Source of the DNA: an uncultured Acidobacteriota bacterium
Lineage (GTDB): Bacteria; Acidobacteriota; Vicinamibacteria; Vicinamibacterales; 2-12-FULL-66-21
DNA: 64,000 bases
Assembly (NCBI GenBank): GCA_963725325.1
Contig: CAVRYF010000001.1
Span: forward strand, 171,723 to 235,722
Reading direction: 5' to 3'
Positions 20,438-28,353 of the stretch are shown piece after piece (the stretch's first letter is position 1; the number at the start of each line of letters is the position of its first letter). A model generated the notes under the pieces. It did not search any database. It was not told the origin of the DNA and was given only the letters and a program-made list of their open reading frames with translations. The translations under genes were made by a program, and so were the position numbers.

Positions 20438-21009
20438 ATGAGCAGGAGCAGTCGACGCGCGTTTCTGGCGGGCGCCGTCGCCCTTGCGGCGACACCACAT
20501 GGAATCGTTGCTGCTGAGCCGGCGCGTACCCGACTCATCCTGCTTGGGACGGGTGGCGGGCCATTGAGGGCCTCGTCATGTCCGACGAGAACGTCAAGGT
20601 CACGGCCGCATTCGTGGATCACCCGCCGGTTATGCCCGCTTTCGGCTATCGATTCGATGCGCACGACCGGTCAATCGTAATCTCTGGGGACACCGCACCC
20701 TCTGACAACGTCGTCAAGCTCGCGCGCGGCGCCGACGTGCTTGTCCACTCGGTGATGTATCCGCCGGCCATCGATCGCCTGGTCGGCCGAGTACCCAATG
20801 CTTCGTCACTGAAGGAGAGCATCCTTGCCCACCAGACGTCAGCGGAGGACGCGGGACGGATCGCCGAAGCCGCTGGCGTTCATACCCTCGTACTCTCTCA
20901 CCTCGTGCCCGCTGACGATCCAGAGATCAGCGAGCGGATGTGGATCGACGCAGCGAAGTTGCACTTCAGCGGCAAAGTGATCCTGGGCCGAGATCTGTTG
21001 GAAGTCTGA
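20438..21009 (+). pseudogene. MBL-fold metallo-hydrolase with internal deletion (HxHxDH region missing)
   Basis: MSRSSRRAFLAGAVALAATPHGIVAAEPARTRLILLGTGGGP (Tat-like signal + first strand) switches frame directly to ...DENVKVTAAFVDHPPVMPAFGYRFDAHDRSIVISGDTAP...LVLSHLVP, the C-terminal half of the fold. Confidence 0.6.
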
Positions 21010-21059
21010 CCCGATGCAGGGTCGAGCGAAGCCCGCTGGCAAAGTGTCTGGAGGTCTGC

Positions 21060-21629
21060 ATGGTCAAGGTGGGTTTCGGACGTCGCGCGTTCGTGGAGGC
21101 GGCTGTGGCATTTCCGTTCCGAGGAGTCGCTCTATCAGCCCAGACGTCGAGGCCGCCCCTGGTCAAGGTGGCCGCCGGATCTGGGAAAGCGAATGACATC
21201 ATCACGCTGCCAGGCGGCGACCGCGTCCATGTCAAGGTCTCGACTGAGGACAGCGGTGGCGCGCTCTTTATGACCGAGCAGCCGATCGAGCGCCGCGGAT
21301 CGGGTCCACCCAAGCACTACCACGAAGAGCAGGACGAGTGGTTCTATTGCCTCGCCGGAGAATACGTCGTCGAAATCGGCGAGCAGCGGTTTCGGCTGGG
21401 TCCAGGCGATTCGGTCCTTGGGCCTCGACGGGTTCCACACGCGTTTGTCTATGACGGTGCGGGGCTGGGACGAATCCTCATCGGATTCACGCCCGCGGCA
21501 CGCATCGAGCAGTTCTTTCGTGATCTCGAGAAGCGGGGCGAGTACTTCGGCAATGGCTCGCCGGAGGACAAGGAACGGGTCCACCGGTTATATGGCATCG
21601 TGAATGTTGGGCCTCCGCTGAGACTGTGA
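21060..21629 (+). CDS. Cupin-domain protein, secreted
   Basis: GGAGG then ATG 21060. Contains GGALFMTEQPIERRGSGPPKHYHEEQDEWFYCLAGEYVVEIGEQRFRLGPGDSVLGPRRVPHAF (cupin motifs). Confidence 0.75.
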   Translation: MVKVGFGRRAFVEAAVAFPFRGVALSAQTSRPPLVKVAAGSGKANDIITLPGGDRVHVKVSTEDSGGALFMTEQPIERRGSGPPKHYHEEQDEWFYCLAGEYVVEIGEQRFRLGPGDSVLGPRRVPHAFVYDGAGLGRILIGFTPAARIEQFFRDLEKRGEYFGNGSPEDKERVHRLYGIVNVGPPLRL

Positions 21630-21653
21630 CCGACCTCGGCGGTTTTTGTCGGG

Positions 21654-22304
21654 CTACTTGCACGGCATCAATTTCGGCTCAGCCTCGCCTTCCATCCTCG
21701 TCGTCGGAGGCTGTGAGGCGTCGTAGACGATCACCGCCAACGCTCGTCGCGGCGTGGGTCCCGTCGCCACAAGTCGCATCGCGACGCCGGAGGGAACCAC
21801 GAGCGTGTCCCCTTTGTTCATCACATAGGTCCGGTCAGACGTTTCAAGACACTGCTGCCCATCGGCAACGAAGAAACCTTCAACGCCCGAGTGGTGATGA
21901 AACCGCGATGTCAATCCGGATGGAATGTACGCCGACATGGCGAGCATCGCGTACCTCTCCGCCGCCGGCAGCGCGGGCAGCGCCGCCGCGGCGACGTGCT
22001 GACCACCGTGGTGATCCGTCGCGGTGGGCTCGATCGTCATGAGCCACGCGACACCGTGCGCCGCGAACGCTATGCTGGTCGGACCGACCGCAGCCTTTGC
22101 CGCGGCCTCGGTTCTGAATTGATCGAGGTGCCAAACCAATGGCGCCTTGAGACCAGGAGGGAGCGCCTTGTTTTCAACAAGGCTGCACCCGATCTCTCCT
22201 CGACGTTCGGGCGAGTTTTCGACACAGCTCGGCTCCAATTGCGCCCACGCCATCCGCGCTGAACACATCAGCGCCAGGGCCACACTCAGAGTCGCGGTTC
22301 TCAT
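21654..22304 (-). CDS. Cupin-domain protein, secreted
   Basis: ATG 22304: MRTATLSVALALMCSARMAWAQ (signal peptide); ...SRFHHHSGVEGFFVADGQQCLETSDRTYVMNKGDTLVVPSGVAMRL. The upstream part of ORF 21654..22460 belongs to a repeat scar. Confidence 0.7.
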   Translation of the reverse strand: MRTATLSVALALMCSARMAWAQLEPSCVENSPERRGEIGCSLVENKALPPGLKAPLVWHLDQFRTEAAAKAAVGPTSIAFAAHGVAWLMTIEPTATDHHGGQHVAAAALPALPAAERYAMLAMSAYIPSGLTSRFHHHSGVEGFFVADGQQCLETSDRTYVMNKGDTLVVPSGVAMRLVATGPTPRRALAVIVYDASQPPTTRMEGEAEPKLMPCK

Positions 22305-22562
22305 CGGAACTCCAGACTGACGGGCTGCGCTCGCCCGACAGAAGGTCGATGTCACGATACACCTGACAAAGGCGATAGACCGCTCAACGAAATCGCCGTA
22401 AGTGATCGCAGCACATGAAGATGTCTGACACAGTTCCAGAAAACGCCCGTAGTCGCACACGCCAAACCGCTGAACGCAGACAAGATGCAGAACCGGTTAG
22501 GAATTCGTCGGCGTATGCGATAAGCGTATCAGGTTCGCCCGCAAATCATTGATTCTAAAAGC

Positions 22563-22677
22563 GGAGAGATGTCCGAGTGGTTGTCCTCCTCCGCGGCAGA
22601 CGCCGCTTCGGCGGGACATCTCGCCGTAGGTCGCGCTGAACTCACGCGCGAGGCGGATGAAGGAGCACGCTTGGAAA
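22563..22677 (+). repeat. tRNA-Ser(GGA) 5'-half copy 2, interrupted in the D-loop by a ~75-nt insertion
   Basis: The sequence runs ggagagatgtccgagtggttg, then insertion 22584..22658, then gaaggagcacgcttggaaa, followed by unrelated ttgctctg. Apart from the insertion it is identical to copy 1. Confidence 0.7.
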
Positions 22678-22810
22678 TTGCTCTGACGGTCTGCGATGGC
22701 GTGCTACAGATTTCGATTACTGTTGCGAAGCCAACCACTTAACCGCGATCGCGTCTACTCCATCGGTCGCCGTAAACCTCGATAGATCTCACTCGATCGA
22801 CAGCGTCACG

Positions 22811-23056
22811 TCACAGTTGCGTCACAGTCCGCGCGGCGTTGAATGAGCCGTCCGGCACGTCACGCATGCCAAACCCGGTGGCGGGAATGCGGTCGGCCTC
22901 CGTCCTGATCGCTGGCGCGTAGTCGGTGTCGGGACGCGTCGACTCGGTTGGAGTCGGAGCCGCGGGCTTCGCGACCAGCGGTTGCTGACCTTGCGCACTG
23001 ACGCCGCAACACCACGCGAGCGCTAGGGTGAGGCCGATCACTCGAGCCGTGATCAT
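22811..23056 (-). CDS. Small secreted hypothetical protein
   Basis: ATG 23056 overlaps the HAD stop (ATGA). Sequence: MITARVIGLTLALAWCCGVSAQG (signal peptide), then a Pro/Thr-rich stretch. The 3' end (…RTVTQL*) lies in the acacagtt repeat motif, so the C-terminus may be fortuitous. Confidence 0.4.
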   Translation of the reverse strand: MITARVIGLTLALAWCCGVSAQGQQPLVAKPAAPTPTESTRPDTDYAPAIRTEADRIPATGFGMRDVPDGSFNAARTVTQL

Positions 23057-24003
23057 TTCTTGTCGAATGGGAAGACGGTCTTCCAATCGTCCTTCATGCT
23101 CACGACCGTCCAGCCGCGCCGTGTTGCTTCCTTGAGCGCATTGACCAGCGCGCCCCACGGTGCCCCGGCGTCGTAGGCGAACTCGCGCTCGCCGTCGGTA
23201 TGGTGAACGATGAGCCCGAAACTGGGCCGCGGGTTGTCGATCGTGGTGTATTGCAGCATGGCCTGGTCGCCGTCGCTGTTGCCGAAACAGGCGATGGGCC
23301 GGCGGCCGATGAACTGGTGAATGCCGACGGGCTTGCCCACCTTGTCATCCACGAACAGATAGTCGAGCGTCTTCACCAGCATGGATCCGCTGTTTCGCAG
23401 CTCGAAGGTCGTCCGCGCGGTCGAGCCGACCACCTGCTCGGGCGGGATGCCGTAGACGCCCTCCACCCAGGTGCGCATGAAATCCGCGCCGCCACCCGAG
23501 ACGATGAAGGTCTTGAAGTCATTCGCCCGCAGGTGACGCAGGAGCTCCAGCATCGGCTGGTAAATGACCTGGTCATACGGCTTGCCGTATTTCGGATGCC
23601 TGCTCGATGCGAGCCACGCCTTCACGCCGGCCTCAAACTCGTCGGTCGTCATGCCGGCGTGGGTGAGCGCGAGGATCTGCATCAGGCCATCGTGATGCTT
23701 CCCTTCCAGGAGTTTCGCGAAGTCGCCCGCCAGGGCAGCTTGCACCATCGGGTTCGCGGCGAGCGCGGGCTCCGTGGCGGCGCGGCGCTTCAGGTCGTCG
23801 AGGACGAAGGCGAGCTGACCAATCAGCGGATACTCCGGCCAGAGCGTGCCGTCATTGTCGAAGACGGCGAGCCGTTCCGGCACCGGCACGAAGTCCGGAC
23901 CGCCTTCCGTCGTGACGCGCCGGACGAAGTCGAGAATGGATTGCCTGGCCTCACCGTCGTTCCACGATGGAAGCGGGTCAGCGCCGTCCTGTTTCATTGT
24001 CAT
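23053..24003 (-). CDS. HAD-superfamily hydrolase (subfamily IB-like)
   Basis: LAVFDNDGTLW (DxDxT)...FIVSGGGADF...CFGNSDGDQAML. The likely start is ATG 24003, overlapping the upstream stop (ATGA). The ORF track starts at 24021. Confidence 0.8.
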   Translation of the reverse strand: MTMKQDGADPLPSWNDGEARQSILDFVRRVTTEGGPDFVPVPERLAVFDNDGTLWPEYPLIGQLAFVLDDLKRRAATEPALAANPMVQAALAGDFAKLLEGKHHDGLMQILALTHAGMTTDEFEAGVKAWLASSRHPKYGKPYDQVIYQPMLELLRHLRANDFKTFIVSGGGADFMRTWVEGVYGIPPEQVVGSTARTTFELRNSGSMLVKTLDYLFVDDKVGKPVGIHQFIGRRPIACFGNSDGDQAMLQYTTIDNPRPSFGLIVHHTDGEREFAYDAGAPWGALVNALKEATRRGWTVVSMKDDWKTVFPFDKK

Positions 24004-24746
24004 TTGACTGAGCTCTGCCAAAGCTTTTTCGACGCGGTACCGAAGTTGCCGAGCTGGTACACCGCCACATCAGCCGGCTTGAACGAGAAGGCCTCAAACG
24101 GCGCGGCTTTCAGTTGCTTCACAAAGACCTCGGACGCGACACCCGAGGTGACGTGAGGCAGGTAGTTCTCGCCGGCCGATTTCGGCACGAACGTCTCGAC
24201 CCAGCCGATGGTCTCGGCATTGGCGTCTCCACCAACGAACGCCGCTGCGGCCCCCCCGCCCTGTGAAAACGGCGCGACCGCGTCGATGACCTTCTGGTGC
24301 AGGCGCATCAGCTCTGGCGTGCGCTCGACGACGAGGACCGTCACGGCCACGCCACCCCACATCACATAGTCGATTCCCTTTGCCTTCAGCGTGAGTGCGG
24401 TCGGACGTTCGGCGGTGAGCACCCTGGTGAGTGCAGCAGTGACCGCGTCGAGGTCCTTCGCTCGCACGAACCGCTGGAGGAGCGTGACGTGCGGAGCGTG
24501 CGTGGCATCCAGTTCGTAACCGGCGGGATAGTTCCCGCGCAATCGGGCGTTAAGCGCATTGGCCTTGCCAACCATCGCCGGATCCGGTTCGAGCAGGACG
24601 TCGATGGCGATGAGCGCGTCGTTGCCAGACTGCATGGGTGCTCCGTGGCGTGGGTGTGTCGAAGTGCCGGCGTGGACGGTGATCGGTCGTCCCATGGTCA
24701 GGACGACGCCCAGAGCTGCTATCAATCCGAAAAGGATTGTCTTCAT
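24000..24746 (-). CDS. Secreted 2H phosphoesterase-superfamily protein (2'-5' RNA ligase/cyclic phosphodiesterase-like)
   Basis: ATG 24746: MKTILFGLIAALGVVLTMG (signal peptide). Two H-x-T/S motifs are present (APHVTLLQRF and LPHVTSGVA). Confidence 0.65.
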   Translation of the reverse strand: MKTILFGLIAALGVVLTMGRPITVHAGTSTHPRHGAPMQSGNDALIAIDVLLEPDPAMVGKANALNARLRGNYPAGYELDATHAPHVTLLQRFVRAKDLDAVTAALTRVLTAERPTALTLKAKGIDYVMWGGVAVTVLVVERTPELMRLHQKVIDAVAPFSQGGGAAAAFVGGDANAETIGWVETFVPKSAGENYLPHVTSGVASEVFVKQLKAAPFEAFSFKPADVAVYQLGNFGTASKKLWQSSVK

Positions 24747-24825
24747 CGTCGGCCCCGTGATGGTTGAAGCGACGACCGGCAACCCCGCGGTGGGGCTGCC
24801 GGTCCCCGTTGAGTGCTGACTCGAG

Positions 24826-27150
24826 CTAGTCGACGGCCAGCGCGGCCGCGGCGAGACGCTCGAGGTCGAGGTACTGCGCTTTCTCGACGGTCACGCCGAC
24901 GAACTTGATCGTGCCGCCCTTGAACGGATTGGATCCCGCGTATTCGTTGCTGACCGCGTCGGCGCTGTCGAACCCGACGCACAGACCGTCGCCGCACAAC
25001 GTGAACTTGCCCACCTGCGTGCGCATCGGACCTTCGGCGACGACCTTGTCGTTGACGAAGAGCTTGGTCTTGCCCACGGCCTCGTGGTTCGGACCGGCGC
25101 CCTCGCGGGTGAACTCAACGCCCACCGTGTACTTGCCCGGCTTGAGCTCGGGCGAGACGAACTTCTGTTCCGGCGGGATGCCCAGGAAGTTGTAGGTGTA
25201 GAACAACTTCTTGTCCTTGAGGAACAGCGAGTGGCCGCCGAAGCGCGAGCCGTGCGCGAAGAGCACGCCCGAGGCGTCCGCCCCGAGTTCGACGTCGGCG
25301 ATGATCTTGTACGATCGCCCTCGCACGTTGACCGCGACGCTCTCCGGCACCGAGCCGGTACCCGGATAGTAGATGAAGCGTTCGCGCGCCTCCTCTTCGG
25401 TCGGACGCGGCTGGTTGAGGATCTCGAGCGCGCTGCGGTCGTCGAGCGGCAGCACCAGGTTCTTGTCCGCTTCCTCGAACCAGATCTTGATCAGCTCCGC
25501 GAGCTTCTCCGGATGCTCCTTGGCGAGGTTCTTGGACTCGGCGCGGTCCACGTCCACGTGGTACAGCTCCCACACGTCCTTGTCGAAGTGTCCCTTGCCA
25601 CTGATCGGCGCGTGCAGGGCGACGGCCTTCCAGCCGTCCACCCAGATGCCGCGCGTGCCGAGCATCGTGTAGTACTGCCGCTTCTTCGTCGTCGGCGCCG
25701 CCGGCGCGTCGAAGCTGTACTTCATCGAGACGCCGGACAGCGGGTACTGTTCGACGCCCTTGTAGACCTTGGGCATCTCCAGACCGCACACTTCCAGGAT
25801 CGTCGGGACGATGTCGGTGGAGTGGTGATACTGGTTGCGCACCTCGCCGCGCGCCTTGATCCCCTTGGGCCACGAGATCACCAGCGGGTCGCAGGTGCCC
25901 CCCGAGTATTCCGCGTAGCGCTTGAACATCTTGAACGGCGCCGACGTGGCCGCCGCCCAGCCGGTGGGGTAGTGCTCGTAGGTGTCCGGTCCGCCAAGCT
26001 TGTCGAGCAGCTTCATGTTCTCGGCCATCTCATCGGGGTAGCCGTTGAAGAACTTGTTCTCGTTGACGGTGCCGTCGGGGCTGCCTTCGCCAGACGCGCC
26101 GTTGTCCGCCGCGTACAGCACGATGGTGTTCTCGAGCTGACCGCTCTGCTCGAGATACTCGATGATCCGGCCGACCTGCGCATCGGTGTATTCGGAGAAT
26201 CCAGCGTAGACTTCCATCAGGCGCGAGAACAGCTTCTTTTCGTCGGCGCTGAGCGTATTCCACGGGCGCACGAAGTCGCTCGGGTTCGCCACGTCGTCTG
26301 CCAGCGGATTGAGCGGCGTGAGCTTCGTGTCAGGCGGCACGATGCCCTTGGCGATCATCGTGACCAGAACCGTCTCGCGGTAGGCCTCATAGCCGTCGTC
26401 GAACTTGCCTTTGTACTTGTCGATGTATTCCTGCGGCGCGTGGTGCGGGGCATGGTTGGCGCCCGGGCAGAACCACATGTACCAGGGCCGCGACGGATTG
26501 CTGGCCTTCTGGTCGCGGATCATCTGCATCGCCTGGTCCGCCAGATCCTTCGAGAGGTGATAGCCCTCTTCCGGGGTGTACGGCGCGTCGATGAAATGAT
26601 TGTCCTCCACCAGGTCGGGATACCAGTTGTTGGTCTCGCCGCCGAGGAAGCCGTAAAAACGGTCGAACCCCTTGTTGAGCGGCCACTGCTGGCGGCTCCC
26701 ACCCGGGCAGCAGTCGGTCTCGACGACGTTGTGGTTCTTGCCGAGCCAGAACGTGCTCCAGCCGCCGTCCTGCAGGACTTGGCCGATTGTTGCGCACGCT
26801 TCCGGGATGCGGTTGTGCGCGCCGGGGAATCCGGTCGCCGCTTCCGTGATCGCCGCGCAGCCGTTGAGATGATGGTTGCGCCCGGTCAACAGCGTCGAGC
26901 GGGTCGGCGAGCAGAGTGCCGTGGTGTGCCACTGGCTGTACATCAACCCGTTGTCCGCCAGCTTCTGCAGCGTCGGCATGTTGATGCGGCCGCCGAAGGG
27001 TGACCATGCGGCCAATCCGGTGTCGTCGTACAGGACGAATAACACGTTCGGGGCGCCCGCCGGTGCCTTCGTGGGTGTGTACGGTTCCCAGTCCGGAACG
27101 GAATCGCGAACATCAAGTTTGATCACGCCTTTGAACGGTTTCGTCGCCAT
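24826..27150 (-). CDS. Arylsulfatase, large (774 aa) subfamily
   Basis: AAGGAG then ATG: MATKPFKGVIKLDV...VLFVLYDDTGLAAWSPFGG...TTALCSPTRSTLLTGRNHH (C-x-P-x-R FGly motif). Confidence 0.9.
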   Translation of the reverse strand: MATKPFKGVIKLDVRDSVPDWEPYTPTKAPAGAPNVLFVLYDDTGLAAWSPFGGRINMPTLQKLADNGLMYSQWHTTALCSPTRSTLLTGRNHHLNGCAAITEAATGFPGAHNRIPEACATIGQVLQDGGWSTFWLGKNHNVVETDCCPGGSRQQWPLNKGFDRFYGFLGGETNNWYPDLVEDNHFIDAPYTPEEGYHLSKDLADQAMQMIRDQKASNPSRPWYMWFCPGANHAPHHAPQEYIDKYKGKFDDGYEAYRETVLVTMIAKGIVPPDTKLTPLNPLADDVANPSDFVRPWNTLSADEKKLFSRLMEVYAGFSEYTDAQVGRIIEYLEQSGQLENTIVLYAADNGASGEGSPDGTVNENKFFNGYPDEMAENMKLLDKLGGPDTYEHYPTGWAAATSAPFKMFKRYAEYSGGTCDPLVISWPKGIKARGEVRNQYHHSTDIVPTILEVCGLEMPKVYKGVEQYPLSGVSMKYSFDAPAAPTTKKRQYYTMLGTRGIWVDGWKAVALHAPISGKGHFDKDVWELYHVDVDRAESKNLAKEHPEKLAELIKIWFEEADKNLVLPLDDRSALEILNQPRPTEEEARERFIYYPGTGSVPESVAVNVRGRSYKIIADVELGADASGVLFAHGSRFGGHSLFLKDKKLFYTYNFLGIPPEQKFVSPELKPGKYTVGVEFTREGAGPNHEAVGKTKLFVNDKVVAEGPMRTQVGKFTLCGDGLCVGFDSADAVSNEYAGSNPFKGGTIKFVGVTVEKAQYLDLERLAAAALAVD

Positions 27151-28006
27151 CGTCTTGTTCTCCTTCGGATGCCTACGTTGAAAGCAGGGTTATCGCCTCA
27201 TCCCCATACCGTCCCTGCCGAAGCAGGCCGGCTGTGAGACACATAGGCGTGTCGATGTGGGTAAAGGTCGCGGTCCGTTAGGCCTAATGAGTGGAAATGG
27301 GGTTCGGGACCGAATGTCGCAGTACCCTTCGCAACAAACGGCCATTGAAGGGTTGCAAGGGCAGATAAGTATCTCACTAGCGGCGCGCACAATTGCTGGG
27401 CAATATGCCGCGGTGTCTCCGCGATCACTGCTCCCGTTGGTTCGGCGGAAGGATTGGGGAATATCTCGCGCTACGCCGGAAATACCCCAAGGTGGCAAAT
27501 TCCTCGACGTGTTCAAACGTGCGCCGCGCCCTCGACGCGAAATGCACGAAGCTGGCGAAGTGGGCACGCGAGGGGACGGACCTCGATCTTGATAATCGAA
27601 GCCGACGACATTCAACACTCGAACGTTTTCGTCGTCTACGAGGCCGTTGCGCGGGCGCTACCTGAGCGGAGTGATCAACCGGATATCGTTGTGTTGGTCG
27701 AGACCGACGGACACCCATGGAGCGGCTGGATTCTCAAGGAGCGCGATCGTCTCGGAGATGACGTGCCTCCGAACCGTGATGGCGGACATCTCTACGAGCG
27801 CGGCCGCGTCCGCTGAAGGGCACCCGCCGTCCAAGCCGCGGCGGCTATACTTGAAGCGGGTCGCCGACCGCACCTGTGGTCGTCCCGTGCGGGCTGGCCG
27901 GCATCGGCCGCGCCCGTAAGTGATCGCGGCACATTAGGAGGTCTGACACAATTGAGATCTGCCATGGGCAACGAGCGTTCGGCCCAGACGGCGACGACTA
28001 ATCGAA

Positions 28007-28321
28007 CTATCGGTTCAACGGTGTGCCGGCCGAACGCGCTTCTTGCTGATACAGATATTTCTGGAAGCCGATGAAGACTCGTCCAATGTCCTCAGGCTTG
28101 CCCAGGTGAGCCACCGCGTCGGCAATTGAGTTGTTGTATTTCAACCGCAACAATGGGGTCAGTTTCTCTTGGTCGAGTTCCTGCACGCCAACACGGACGT
28201 AGTGAGAGAGCACGAAGTCGAGAAAGGCTTGCTCTTTGCTCTCAAACGCCGCGCGGATCGCAACCTTGGCTCTCGCCGCGCGTTCCTCTCGGGTAAAGTC
28301 GTGTCTGCTGTAAGTGTTCAT
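28007..28321 (-). CDS. Stand-alone protein equal to the C-terminal domain of type I restriction enzyme R subunits (EcoEI_R_C-like)
   Basis: ATG 28321: MNTYSRHDFTREERAARAKV...FLDFVLSHYVRVGVQELDQEKLTPLLRLKYNNSIADAVAHLGKPEDIGRVFIGFQKYLY. This is only the tail of track ORF 28007..29368; the rest of that ORF is antisense to the permease. Confidence 0.65.
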   Translation of the reverse strand: MNTYSRHDFTREERAARAKVAIRAAFESKEQAFLDFVLSHYVRVGVQELDQEKLTPLLRLKYNNSIADAVAHLGKPEDIGRVFIGFQKYLYQQEARSAGTPLNR

Positions 28322-28353
28322 AGGAAACGAACGGCAGAAAACTACCGGCGTGG

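Noticed and set aside
25084-27003. 639-aa plus-strand ORF opposite the large arylsulfatase. Similar antisense ORFs: 17157..18854, 13076..14560, 53100..54239, 49694..50767, 60487..61551 and 35851..36837.
   Set aside because: Each is antisense to a gene with strong motifs. Their composition is dominated by R/A/G/V/L and no motifs are present.
27658-27873. Minus-strand ORF with a vaguely excisionase-like stretch (ADAAALVEMSAITVRRHVISETIALLENP) next to the 27914..27953 border relic.
   Set aside because: The similarity to HTH excisionases is only impressionistic. There is no clear start or RBS, and competing ORFs occupy the other strand.
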